DNA of 64,000 nt, taken from positions 6,384-70,383 of IMG/VR virus record IMGVR_UViG_3300046005_001513. The stretch is one strand, 5' to 3'. The notes under the pieces were generated by a model. That model had not been told where the DNA came from. It saw nothing but the letters and a program-made list of their open reading frames with translations, and did no database searches. Origin of the DNA: a virus. The position numbers and the translations under genes were made by a program. This document shows, piece by piece, positions 46,001-56,000 of this stretch; the stretch's first letter is position 1; each line of letters begins with the position of its first letter.

Positions 46001-48166
46001 ATTCACCCTGTAAGGCTGTATAGTTGTTTTTGTTGTGGTAGCCTTCCAGGACACGGGTCTTGTTGTGTAAAGTGGTCTCATTTCCCACACAGTCTTATCT
46101 GCTATTCCCCAAGTTGTAACCGTACCATCGAACTCTAAATTATCAATTGATTGGGAATAACCAGTAGCCACCTCCATGTACCCGCTAATCACGTTCTCAT
46201 CTACGGGAATATATTTTGTCGTGATGTCCTCCCTGACCCTGTTTACTAAAATGTCTGAAATGGTTACGGAAGTGCCTTGCCTCAAGTGCCTTATGGATGC
46301 TTTGTTTATAACAAAATCCACCCCATCAATAACATCCTTAACACCCCCAGAAAGAGCAAGTGAAAGGTATTCGTCTAGTTTAGAACGCACAGTCTCTGTT
46401 TTGCTTATTGTCCCATATAGCGGCTGACCAGACACTAATTCAAACTTAACATCTCTTCCTGTAAGCGTTCCGTTCATTTTTGAATGGTTGGAAAGAATTT
46501 GTATTTTCCCATCTTTTGATGACATGGATAGGTTAAGAGTAATCTCTGGCAAAGTTTCTGTCTGGGCTTTGGGCTCATACTTAAAGACATAAAATCTTAA
46601 ATTTTCCCAAAGTTCTTTTGTCTGTCCAGATGGGGTAGTTGCGCTTAACTTAATAGGTATGGAGACGTTGGCACCTACGTCACCAGTCGGCGGAGAGGTT
46701 ATTTCATAAGTATAAGCCCCGTATTCTGTTATAGAGAATGTACCGTAACTTACTTGCTGGTTTACAATGGGGGTTATTGATGTTTGTAAATCTAAATTGT
46801 TGCCAGCCTCGAGTCTAAATATAGTGGCTATGATAGACCCAGTATTGATTATATCCTCAGCATACTGATCGTACCCTGAAACCCTACTCAAATAATAAGC
46901 TGAGTCGGCTTTGAGCTTTACCTCTGCAAGCTCTGCCTTCATGCGGTTGTACATATCCAACTGCTGCATTTTAAAGTCTAAAAGGTCTTTTGCCTCTTGT
47001 TCTTTTTCAAGTTCATACCTTAATGCAGCCTGGTATCTCGGGTCGGACGTTGTGATTCCTGTAGTCTTTCCAAATACGGCTGCTATTTCTGGGATTTCAT
47101 CAATGTTCATCATTTTCAAATTGACAAACAGTGTAATTGGCAGAGCTGGTAGTTTTTTTAACCAGATGTAAAAACTCTCTTCGTTTATTCTTGTGACACC
47201 AGGGACCACTATATCGTTGTTTGCAAACGCATCCCTTTGGGCTTGAGTGGATATTCTAATTGTTATAAATCCGCTTCTTGTACATCTTAAAGTTACATGG
47301 TTTCCTTCAACCTCGTAATCATCTTCAAAAAACATTGGAGTGATGATAAGTTTTTTAGGGTCTTGCGGGTCAGGAGCAGCAACGGTCTCATAGGCGTAAG
47401 AAGCATCAAGCGGCATTTGACCACATACATAAGCGTAGTAGACCATGCTGAGGTTCATAAAGTAGTCGATTTCAAAACATAATGCACCGTCCTTCTTTTT
47501 ATAGTCTATCTCTTTATCCGTTGTTCTTAAAAACTTCCTAGTGTAAGCATACTGAAGAGAGTCTTCAGAGATGGATGGTGTGTTCAGAGTTGCTGACTTA
47601 ACTAGGAAATCTAGCTTTTCTATTTTCGCAATTAGACTCCAGCGATATTCTCTTTCCTTAGCAACAAACAAATCAGCGTCTGAGACAGACGCGAACAGTA
47701 TGTTGGTTACTGATACTACTATGCCCGTAGTTATGCCGATACTGGATACAAAACTAGACAGGTCTCCAGAGTTTTTAAAGCCAAAATAAGCTATATTCGT
47801 CCGAATACTCACGCCACCAGGTTCTACCACAGTAGACAAGCCGCTAAGTGCCTGGTGAGATGTATTTGCCTCGGCAATAAGACGGTCATAGCTGTTTATC
47901 GTCGAGCCAATTGCATCTTCAACTATTGAGGCTATAGATGTTTGATTTGCCAGCGACACCATGTCGGCAGCACTGGAGTACACGTAGACTTTCGGTACCG
48001 CAGGAGGGTCTGGAGGTGTGTCTGGGATGTAATCATTTATTGCTACTATTCCTATCTTTGTGCCTAAACTCCCGTCAACAATAAGATCTTGTGCAGTTTT
48101 TTTCTCATCGCCGCTAAACCCATCACTGTTGAGTATGTTAACGTCAAGACTGATTGTACTTTCCAT
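43064..48166 (-). CDS. 1700-aa virion-associated adhesin-like protein with VCBS-type repeats
   Basis: GTYGLFSVDENGDWSY, LVEGQTVTEIF, ITETFTVSSHDG. Confidence 0.7.
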   Translation of the reverse strand: MESTISLDVNILNSDGFSGDEKKTAQDLIVDGSLGTKIGIVAINDYIPDTPPDPPAVPKVYVYSSAADMVSLANQTSIASIVEDAIGSTINSYDRLIAEANTSHQALSGLSTVVEPGGVSIRTNIAYFGFKNSGDLSSFVSSIGITTGIVVSVTNILFASVSDADLFVAKEREYRWSLIAKIEKLDFLVKSATLNTPSISEDSLQYAYTRKFLRTTDKEIDYKKKDGALCFEIDYFMNLSMVYYAYVCGQMPLDASYAYETVAAPDPQDPKKLIITPMFFEDDYEVEGNHVTLRCTRSGFITIRISTQAQRDAFANNDIVVPGVTRINEESFYIWLKKLPALPITLFVNLKMMNIDEIPEIAAVFGKTTGITTSDPRYQAALRYELEKEQEAKDLLDFKMQQLDMYNRMKAELAEVKLKADSAYYLSRVSGYDQYAEDIINTGSIIATIFRLEAGNNLDLQTSITPIVNQQVSYGTFSITEYGAYTYEITSPPTGDVGANVSIPIKLSATTPSGQTKELWENLRFYVFKYEPKAQTETLPEITLNLSMSSKDGKIQILSNHSKMNGTLTGRDVKFELVSGQPLYGTISKTETVRSKLDEYLSLALSGGVKDVIDGVDFVINKASIRHLRQGTSVTISDILVNRVREDITTKYIPVDENVISGYMEVATGYSQSIDNLEFDGTVTTWGIADKTVWEMRPLYTTRPVSWKATTTKTTIQPYRVNLTIVKETKAILETVVTEPVFYDSFFAQGDLSYLDEGEGYQVSYIPVNNYDVENGLFTILPNGKWVCEFDPVRMQGIDSGDTKTLSIPVKYTIDGEISPTDRVVTIRIIGADNIDTTNLSVVLKNLEASQIHTPSYNELDSTILTGKFLAKRNNEVVSPEMVYIPFSYESYYPSFYFEFSNTAGVYSAYYSFGGDPFVTVNAVSVLGKLNDGTVVPDSYITFYFRPYFKYKQDQVWECRLNEVAKNSDLPIGTEIYYEIPVGLKRLTGINSTLHSPIYTSATEVTAITLKLTTTSPDFVWGFLEYPSSTSIAETDVTAPFGVVTEKSIFNEPTIASFEVQGTYGKFIFERYAYSINDILLEGCEVYISQILYRYAVVGYKTQFAKEGVYYEIKKLPKYAYKVTYSLADYDVTQLFGGEKYIDTLFIGGESASMEITGALTIGEITDLSLNNSEISFTYDPGGRLYGFGDLYNLVVGWLPSNTWRLTRSGLETWSSNYASANYTLSGNFIHSNPDNTTITFVEQTTESYMGDFTVFENGYWEFKFYTPTYRPDRIKLDQREHCIFTVTTVQDSVSATLFCDILAPTFPMELVLTGSLFGSSSATYLKQKDDLILSGKITPHDYGATSYTFAYATGAPNGIADYSTPVTSEGLTVTKVGDGPNNPSYSLSLQNDGSWQVTIPMAQYKYSVSGSNFIAVGYVWISSLASNGTNSSFKYVRLYFYVSGYDMPTETVSSVGVYAILEGNSPQTTSGVITYFDYEFGVPSVSSKNILGVYGTFSYYIEHQLENRGTAYWSYTTEDSVESLVEGQTVTEIFSIRSYSGTVLSVVSIDVTGTGEVAVVSNPQSIAAYRSSIFYKTGKLQNVVDADLGENKYVPQFQTQGTYGLFSVDENGDWSYSANFESAFSQNGVLITETFTVSSHDGSASTTITIDIIDDTVIYEPYTLLTASKLGGVVIDSNDPVDGDYLIATSATSAEWTTL

Positions 48167-49737
48167 TATGCCACCTGCATTATTGCGACTACTCTAACGT
48201 CATTAGACGATACATATGCCGAGGCGTTGGCAGATTTACTCAATACACCTGCAGATACGAAAATCTTCACTGCTTCTCCTGCCGCAACGGTAAGACTATA
48301 ACTTACAGAGAAATTCGCGTATTTTGGCGGAGAACCAACCGTGACCGCTGAATCCAGCAACTTAACTGCTGTTCCATCCTTCACCGTACCTTTGTAAATA
48401 GCAAAGACGCAGTCTGCATAATCCCCAGAGGAAAAAGACCATGCCCTAACATCCCCAGAAAATATAAGTGCATACTTTACCGAGTATCCTGTTCTGACTG
48501 GCAGGACCAGCTCCCCTGTAGCGAAAGTGCTTCCAAGAGTTTGCGTTAGCGATGCAGGTGTTAACGGAAATATAGAGGAAAATGTAGCCATTTTCACTGT
48601 CCCTAAAGTCTCTGGGGCAATGTAATTGGTTATGTTCATGTCTGGAGTCAACTGACCTTCGATATTAGCAAACAAACCAGTATTTTTTGTTGCTCCGTCC
48701 ACTGCTTTTTTTCCGTTGTCGTTTACAACCTGCGACCATTTTTGCACAGCGTTATCAACTGTAACGCCTGCAGAGCCTATACCTTTCAAAACCCCAGAAT
48801 CAATTATTATTTTGGTGTTTAATATATCAGCCACATCTGTTAAGTGGCTTGAGTGTGTTACCAGATTTGATGCTGCCTTCCAGCGTATTTGCTCCAACGC
48901 ACTTTCATAAGATATAAAAACTGTTTTTCTCCCATTTTCCGCACCAGGGGCAGTGTTGGTGTGAATTACAATATCTCCAGCAGAAGAGTTTGAAGGGTAG
49001 ACAAGCGGCTCATTTCCTTCTCCGTCAGTGTTGAACACAGCATTAGTTTTTGCTCTAGCTTCCCAGTTATCTAAAGTTTTGTAAAACAAAGTATTTGTGG
49101 TTTCAGAGAAAAACTCATCTGACATCGTTGCTTGAGCGTTTATATTAACCCAGCCCCCCGAGGCGCTTTTGTAGAGACTGTAGCTCTTGCTTGAAATGGT
49201 TCCAGATGCAAGTAAGAAGAATTTTTCTGCTGCAACAGAAGATGGCAAGGTTGTTCCGCTTGCACCCGTGAATTTTTTATTTATTGTCCCTTTCAAATCC
49301 CAAACATCAGAGGATTTTTTATAAACAAATCCCTTTATTTTGTTTACCCACACATCGCCGTTATTACCATCCGCACTGGTTGGGTCCGTTATTTTGTCGT
49401 AGGAAACACTTGTTAAAATTTTGAACTGTGTCCCGTCCCACACTGCCTCGCCGTTTGTATCTATGTCATATGTTTTTCCACCCGCCGTGAATGTCTGATT
49501 TGGTCCTGTATTTACCCAGTAATCACCAACGGTTAGACCAGACGTACTTGGAGGATTATCGGAGTGAATCCTTTTGTTCAACCCATCCACCGCACTCCAA
49601 GGTGTCTTCAACAATTCCCAAACACTACCATTCCATTTAGCAGATTCTCCTGGTGGGATCATTACACCCCCAGGGGCAGAGATACTAGAAGTACCTCCGT
49701 TTATAAAAATATCTCCAATATACACAATATCCGACAT
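48166..49737 (-). CDS. tail fibre protein
   Basis: VGDYWVNT, GNNGDVWVN, DGATKN motifs. Confidence 0.65.
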   Translation of the reverse strand: MSDIVYIGDIFINGGTSSISAPGGVMIPPGESAKWNGSVWELLKTPWSAVDGLNKRIHSDNPPSTSGLTVGDYWVNTGPNQTFTAGGKTYDIDTNGEAVWDGTQFKILTSVSYDKITDPTSADGNNGDVWVNKIKGFVYKKSSDVWDLKGTINKKFTGASGTTLPSSVAAEKFFLLASGTISSKSYSLYKSASGGWVNINAQATMSDEFFSETTNTLFYKTLDNWEARAKTNAVFNTDGEGNEPLVYPSNSSAGDIVIHTNTAPGAENGRKTVFISYESALEQIRWKAASNLVTHSSHLTDVADILNTKIIIDSGVLKGIGSAGVTVDNAVQKWSQVVNDNGKKAVDGATKNTGLFANIEGQLTPDMNITNYIAPETLGTVKMATFSSIFPLTPASLTQTLGSTFATGELVLPVRTGYSVKYALIFSGDVRAWSFSSGDYADCVFAIYKGTVKDGTAVKLLDSAVTVGSPPKYANFSVSYSLTVAAGEAVKIFVSAGVLSKSANASAYVSSNDVRVVAIMQVA

Positions 49738-52700
49738 CTAGTTTGTTCCTGGTAACGTGGTTCCGTAGATAGTGATCGGTTTTGTTATGTCTACTAATGA
49801 CCAGCTATCTGTTGTCTTTCTTCTGGTGTAGTATAACCCATTTTGAGTGTCGTAGAAACGAATGATAGTTGAGTTTGCCCCCGTCCCTTTATCAGGTGTC
49901 TGCCCAGCATCTAAGTTACCGTACCCTTCATTTGCAGACGCGAGTATCACAACTAATACCCAAAAACTTGAACGGACACCGTATAGCCGTTTTTGACCTA
50001 CGTCAGGGTTCCAATAAAATGATCCAGGTACTTTTGGTTTATCAACTGCAATAGCCCCAGCAGTTGTAGCAGAACCTACCCATTTCCCTCTTTCATGCAA
50101 TTTAGCGGCTGTATTTCTCCTCAACTGGTAATTAGCAATAACCACTCTGAATGCTGCAATATCAGTTATTAAGTGTGATTTTTGGTAACAGGTTTTGTAA
50201 GCTCTTCCACCTGTGTTGTTAATTACCCCCGTTGATGTGTATTCCTCTTTCTCAATACCCAGCAAGCGACTGAAGCGATTAACCACAAGTTTTTTGCCTG
50301 GCATGTCACAAATTTGATAACGAGTAACCTCCAACGCAGTAACTAAAGCATTGTAAGTTGATGTGTACCCTGCATCAGGGACACCGTAGAATCTGTATCG
50401 CTCTAACACATCAGCGTGTTCAGCTTTAGCGTCATCAAGAATTGCCTTCAATCCTGTCTTTTCTTTACTAACAATCACGTCATCATCAAGAATTGTGTCC
50501 ACACCTTTCATGTAATCCACAATGGTCACAGTCACAGGGAGTTGAGTTTCTGGATCTGTCGTAACTACTGTTGCGGTAGGCTCAATTACGAGTTTTGCGG
50601 CTTCAGTAATAGCTGACTTTAACGCCACACGCACTGCAAGGTAATCAGCAATCACTAAATTAAACGCAATCGGATCAACCTTGTTATTACATTTCGTGTC
50701 ACTACCACCTACATACCCCCCAGAACTACCATTAGCAAAGTAGACTGAAGTACCCGTACCAAACATACGTCTGTACCAATTTGGGCTATACGATTTTAAA
50801 TTAGGTTTTAGCATCTCATGCCTAGTAACCGTCAACATAGTTTCTAATGCTGCAAACTTACTCGCGTATGTTGTTGTTATGTTGTACTTTGCAATATCAG
50901 CAGTAAATTTTTCCGATTCAAGTCTTGCTGTATCAAGAAGAGATTGTAAACTACCCGATCCAGATGTTTTTTCAGCAATAGAGATAACAGAATCGTTACC
51001 GAAACTCGCTGTTTTCGCTAACAAATCGCTTAAAGTTGCAAAATCTGCACCACCATCTGGGATATTTGAGTCAACACTGATAGAGTCCACAACCCAGGTT
51101 GTGCCATCGTAATGACTTCGTAATCCTGTAAGTTTGTCAACATACTGATCACCTTTTACAAACACGAGTAAAGTGTTCGCAGCAAGAAATAGTGCAAGTG
51201 TTTTTGAGTCAGAATAAATTTGACTTAGACTCAACCCTAAACTTATGGCTAATGCTTGTTTAGCAACATACATCTCAACAGCTTTGTTAAACAGAGACTC
51301 TAAAGAGGTAATACTTTTTAAGATAATATACGCATTGTTACCCTTAAAAGTCTTAATAGTTGTTACGTCTTGTGCAAATACATAAGTTTTCGTATTAAAT
51401 GTATCTTGATTAGCATTGAGCAGAGTTAGGAGTTGTGCCCGTAAGGTAGTTAACGTATTTGTTACGTTATTGTTCACCATTAGTTTGTTATTTTTCTTCT
51501 CCCATGTATCATCTAGCCAGTTAAGCAACGTAGACTGAAAGCTATTGGTTAAAATAAGACCCCATTTTTTATCCAACTGAGATAATAGGTTTATACGGTA
51601 GTCCGTACTATGGTCAAATGAAGAAATACTTGTTAAAGTCGATTCTGATGCTGCCTTAGTTACTACATCAAATGCGTCTGATGCGGCATACCAAGCATCC
51701 CATAGGTTATAAAAAGTAATCACGTCTACGCGATCAACAAAAATACGCCTTAAACTACTCGAAGCACCACCATTCAATTTTGGCAGAAACGGTGTATCTG
51801 CTGAACTTGACGTTACGTTAAGTGCAGACAATGTAAATCTGGGTGTAGTCAGCCCTGTTTTAAGGTTATTAAACGCTGTAGTAACTGGTGTAATACTAGC
51901 TTTCGTTACCGCCGCAGCCATCAAATGGTTATTGTAAGAATCAGTTACTGCTTGGAAGCGAGCGTCTAAACTAACAAGCTCTCCAACGTCCATAATTAAG
52001 TCAGCGATTGTTGAAATTAAGCCTTGAGCTTGATCATTTGCGTTTAGCAAGAAAAGTGTAATCGCAAAGTCAATAGAAATTAGGCTTTTCTCATACGTGT
52101 CAAACACAGCGAGGAATAAAGCTTTGTCAGAAATAAGATGCGTCTTTTTCCGATTCGCTCCAGTTAAAAGATCAGACATAACCGTGCTTGCTGTGTTATC
52201 TGGCTTTGCCTCGTGGTATGTTTGAGTCAACAACTGGTTAAGCGCATTTCTGGCTGTTGTTATGTTGCTCGTGAGACTAGCAGGTATCCCCGTAAGTCCA
52301 GCTAGTTTAGCAAGGACATTACTATATTCTGAATCTGGGGTTGTCGCTATTTTGGCTAAGTAAGGGAGTACAAAGAACTTTTTTTCATATGGCTCAATTA
52401 CTCCATCTTCTATGACATTATTGTAAGATATGCTTAATGCTGATACGTCTATGTTATTGAATTTTAACGCATAGCTTTGTGTTCTGCTTGATGTTGTGGG
52501 TGGACCATAAATAACTGTAGCCTCAGAAGCTAATAACGCTTTCACAGTTCTGTACGGCGTGATTCTCATCGTGTAAAAAGAATTCATTACGCCATTAAAC
52601 GTGTAATGAAACGTCTTATGATCACCTCCCACAGCAGGTAAGAACTTTATGATGTCACCTGACGTTTTGCTATTGAGTGTGAAATCTGCGGCTACGTCTG

Positions 52701-53058
52701 CTGTAGAACCTACAACCTGAATAAAAAACCCGTCTATTGGTTGAACGATTTTACCGTTAACATCCACGTGTTCCCACTTCCAAGAAGCACGAAAATCAAC
52801 CGTGCCGTCACCTACGTCTGTTGGGGTTGAAAAAACTACACTCGTGAGAGCATCAGTAATTGGTGTGGTAATCAGGTTATTATCAGCGTAGAAATCGGCT
52901 TTAGTCGTGACTAGTTCTTCAACTGTAATGCCGTCTAACTCAATAGGAGAACCCGCAGGGGCTCCTATCGTAGCGATAAGTCTTAATTTACCATTGTCAT
53001 TAAAATAAGTTCTATTTGATAATTCATCGATGAAAATTTCGTTAGGTATTAGTTTCAT
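49738..53058 (-). CDS. tail-tip associated protein with helical DxVIxxxEK repeats
   Basis: IEDGVIEPYEKK, NDSVISIAEKT, DDDVIVSKEKT. Confidence 0.65.
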   Translation of the reverse strand: MKLIPNEIFIDELSNRTYFNDNGKLRLIATIGAPAGSPIELDGITVEELVTTKADFYADNNLITTPITDALTSVVFSTPTDVGDGTVDFRASWKWEHVDVNGKIVQPIDGFFIQVVGSTADVAADFTLNSKTSGDIIKFLPAVGGDHKTFHYTFNGVMNSFYTMRITPYRTVKALLASEATVIYGPPTTSSRTQSYALKFNNIDVSALSISYNNVIEDGVIEPYEKKFFVLPYLAKIATTPDSEYSNVLAKLAGLTGIPASLTSNITTARNALNQLLTQTYHEAKPDNTASTVMSDLLTGANRKKTHLISDKALFLAVFDTYEKSLISIDFAITLFLLNANDQAQGLISTIADLIMDVGELVSLDARFQAVTDSYNNHLMAAAVTKASITPVTTAFNNLKTGLTTPRFTLSALNVTSSSADTPFLPKLNGGASSSLRRIFVDRVDVITFYNLWDAWYAASDAFDVVTKAASESTLTSISSFDHSTDYRINLLSQLDKKWGLILTNSFQSTLLNWLDDTWEKKNNKLMVNNNVTNTLTTLRAQLLTLLNANQDTFNTKTYVFAQDVTTIKTFKGNNAYIILKSITSLESLFNKAVEMYVAKQALAISLGLSLSQIYSDSKTLALFLAANTLLVFVKGDQYVDKLTGLRSHYDGTTWVVDSISVDSNIPDGGADFATLSDLLAKTASFGNDSVISIAEKTSGSGSLQSLLDTARLESEKFTADIAKYNITTTYASKFAALETMLTVTRHEMLKPNLKSYSPNWYRRMFGTGTSVYFANGSSGGYVGGSDTKCNNKVDPIAFNLVIADYLAVRVALKSAITEAAKLVIEPTATVVTTDPETQLPVTVTIVDYMKGVDTILDDDVIVSKEKTGLKAILDDAKAEHADVLERYRFYGVPDAGYTSTYNALVTALEVTRYQICDMPGKKLVVNRFSRLLGIEKEEYTSTGVINNTGGRAYKTCYQKSHLITDIAAFRVVIANYQLRRNTAAKLHERGKWVGSATTAGAIAVDKPKVPGSFYWNPDVGQKRLYGVRSSFWVLVVILASANEGYGNLDAGQTPDKGTGANSTIIRFYDTQNGLYYTRRKTTDSWSLVDITKPITIYGTTLPGTN

Positions 53059-56000
53059 TTTGTTACTTGAACCTCTTTAGTTAAGTTAGTTATCGTGTCC
53101 ATTTCCAGCCGAGTTATATCTAAAGTTTTAGGGTGGATTACATCTAGTCCTGTCATGTCTAAAACAGAATCAATAACAGTTGCCCCTAGTACATTAAACT
53201 TGTACACAGGCGTTACGTCTACTGCTGTTACAGTACCTTTCCTAACATAGTAATAGTTTACGTCTTTAGAAATAGTAGCGTCTCTAGTCAAAGTTGCTGT
53301 TGTTCCAAGAATGGCAACTAAGCCCTGTCTAGGCGCATTACTTGGTACTTTTAAACCTGTAGAGCTTGTTACGGTAGTGAAAGAATCAGGAGTGTTAAAC
53401 GTTTCACCAGCTTTAGTTTTTACTGTGGAGTGGGCTAAACTTAAATTCCCATGAATATCTTCAACGTACACCATAAACCCAAAAGTTGGTGATGGTAAAT
53501 TATCGTGCACCTGAGCCGCATTCTTATGATCTGAAGCGTTATCGTGAAGCACGTAATTAAAGTAATCTTCTTTAGTGTACTTTGTGACAAGGATTGGGGA
53601 AGTAAATTCTCCAGGAATTACAACGCCACTACTGTTCAGTTTTGGTACTACCGTCTCTAGGTTGTAGAAATCAATTCGGTATCTTTTAAACCACGAATCA
53701 AGCTCTTCCTGAGAGTGGAACATCTTTTCATCTTCAAGGATGGTATTGATGTTTGTTTTAAAAGACAGTTTTAACTCCTCACCTTCAAATTCATACCTAC
53801 TTTGATCTGGGTCATAGTCAAAATCACCACTAACTTCTACACGGAGCTTAGTCATCAAGTCCATTGTAACTGGCGTGAACGTACCAAAGAAGCTTTGTGG
53901 GTAACTTTTATTCGTAACAGTGTTTGTTACTGTATTGTACTCAACGTAAGCCCAGTCACTGTGTAACTCGCCTTCTACTGCTTTTACCGCAACAACCACA
54001 ACAGGCAAAGCCCACCAATTATCCACCATGTCATAGGTCACATATTCAGTATCAAATCCACCTGTAACATTCTTTGCACCAACGTATCTGGGTATATTCA
54101 TTGGGTTAGGAGTTAGGTTTCCATCCGTAGTCAGTACACGAATGGCATAGTAAATACCTGGTCTTCTTGGCATACCCGCATCAGACTCGCTTAACAACTT
54201 GTCTTGTTGTGCCACAGCATCCCTATGCTTCCAGTGAATACGCATGTATCCGCTATCATCTGACTCAACACCAATGCTTGCAGGTGGGTAAGGGTTTGCC
54301 CAATTTGAATTCACTGTAACAACTTTCGTAGGTGGCGCATTCTCATCTTTAAGGCGGTTATTATTCGAGACAGGGAACATGGTTCCACCAATCTGTTGCT
54401 TCGCTACCCATTCAATATCAATAGTAACTTTGTCTAAATCTTGGCTGTAAAACCAGATAGTAGACCCTACAGGAATTTCTTGTGGTACAGATGATATACA
54501 TCCACGTCCAACAGTTACTGTTTCGTAGTTAACCCCAAATTCAATGATTTGCAAGTATTCCCCGTTACAATAAGCATACACATCTTGACCTTTAACGGTT
54601 TGTAACAGCAAACTTACCTCTACGTTTAGGTGGATTACTGTTTCATGGCGATGGGCTAAAACGCTTGTTTCAGCATAAGGGACAGTATCGTAGACTCCAA
54701 TAGTTCTGTACAACTTAGAATTTTCAGGGTGTGTGTAATCTGATGGGGTATTATCTACTTCGATAATTCCTGTGCCTATGGTACTTCTAACTGCCAACTC
54801 AAATATCTTTTCATTCTCGGTTTTTGCTCCACAGAAAGCTGCAATAGCACCACCTGATGTATCAACGTAATCAAAGGAAGTTGTAGCACCTGCCTGTAAT
54901 CTTAATCTGAGCAAATCAACATAGTTTAAGTTTACTAAGTCATACTCCACGGGTATGTGAGCAGTGTCTGTTTTTACTGCTGCCATTTCAGGCTCAGACA
55001 TGGGAATGAAAGAGGCAATACCTACGTTGTACACATCTTCAACACACTTCAGCGTGATTCTTCCATCTTCAATTAAACCATATCCAATATCCACAATACG
55101 CAAGATCATGCTTTCGATGCCAAGGTCTAACCAGTGAAATTCAATCACCTCGCCAAGATGAGAGTCCATAAAATCTCTGTTTACAATTAACTCCACGGTT
55201 GCTAATGGCTGAGATAAAATAGCTAAATCCCTTGCAGCTAATTGGTTTGCGAGTTTATCAGACGTAATCCCTACGTAATTTCTAATCGTACCAATGATAC
55301 CTCCCTGCATTTCTCTCATAGCTGTATTGTGCACAGTCATTGAACGCTGAGTACCCAAGATCGCATCTGTCCACTGTAACGTAACTTGGTTTGTAAGTTC
55401 CGATATTGCGGGTCTTGCAAAACTTCTCATCTCCAAGACGTTATATTCATTCGCCAGTTTCTTATTTCCAGTCCACTTACGGATAAGTTGAAGCGTGAAT
55501 TTGCTTGTTAGCGGATGTACATATAAAACCGCATTGATCGTCTGAATGACTGTGCTTATGAAGTCCTCCACAGTAGCATTGTTTTCCCATACCGCAGACA
55601 TCCCAAATTCTTCTGTAGCTAGTGTTTCCGCAGCAAATTCAAAAGAATCAAAATCAATGAATTCTAATGGGTATGACATTCCATATTCAGGGCTAACTAA
55701 GCACTCAAGTATGATCAAGGCTGGGTTTGCTTCTTCATGTGATGCTTTACGCCCGTCATTTGATGCTACAGATTGGGATGCAATTTCAGCTAACTTATCT
55801 GCTTGGCTGAACATTACCTCCGCAGAAGCGTAGTAAGAGCTACTGATAGCAGCACAGAAAGCCTGAGTCCATTCCAGTTTTACCCACACTTGTGATGAAG
55901 TCCCCGACTCGTTAAGCCCCGTAGTCAACTCGTAATACGCCCACGATACAACACTAGGTGGGACTACTGTTTTTACACCTGAGTCAGCTGTAATTTTGCG

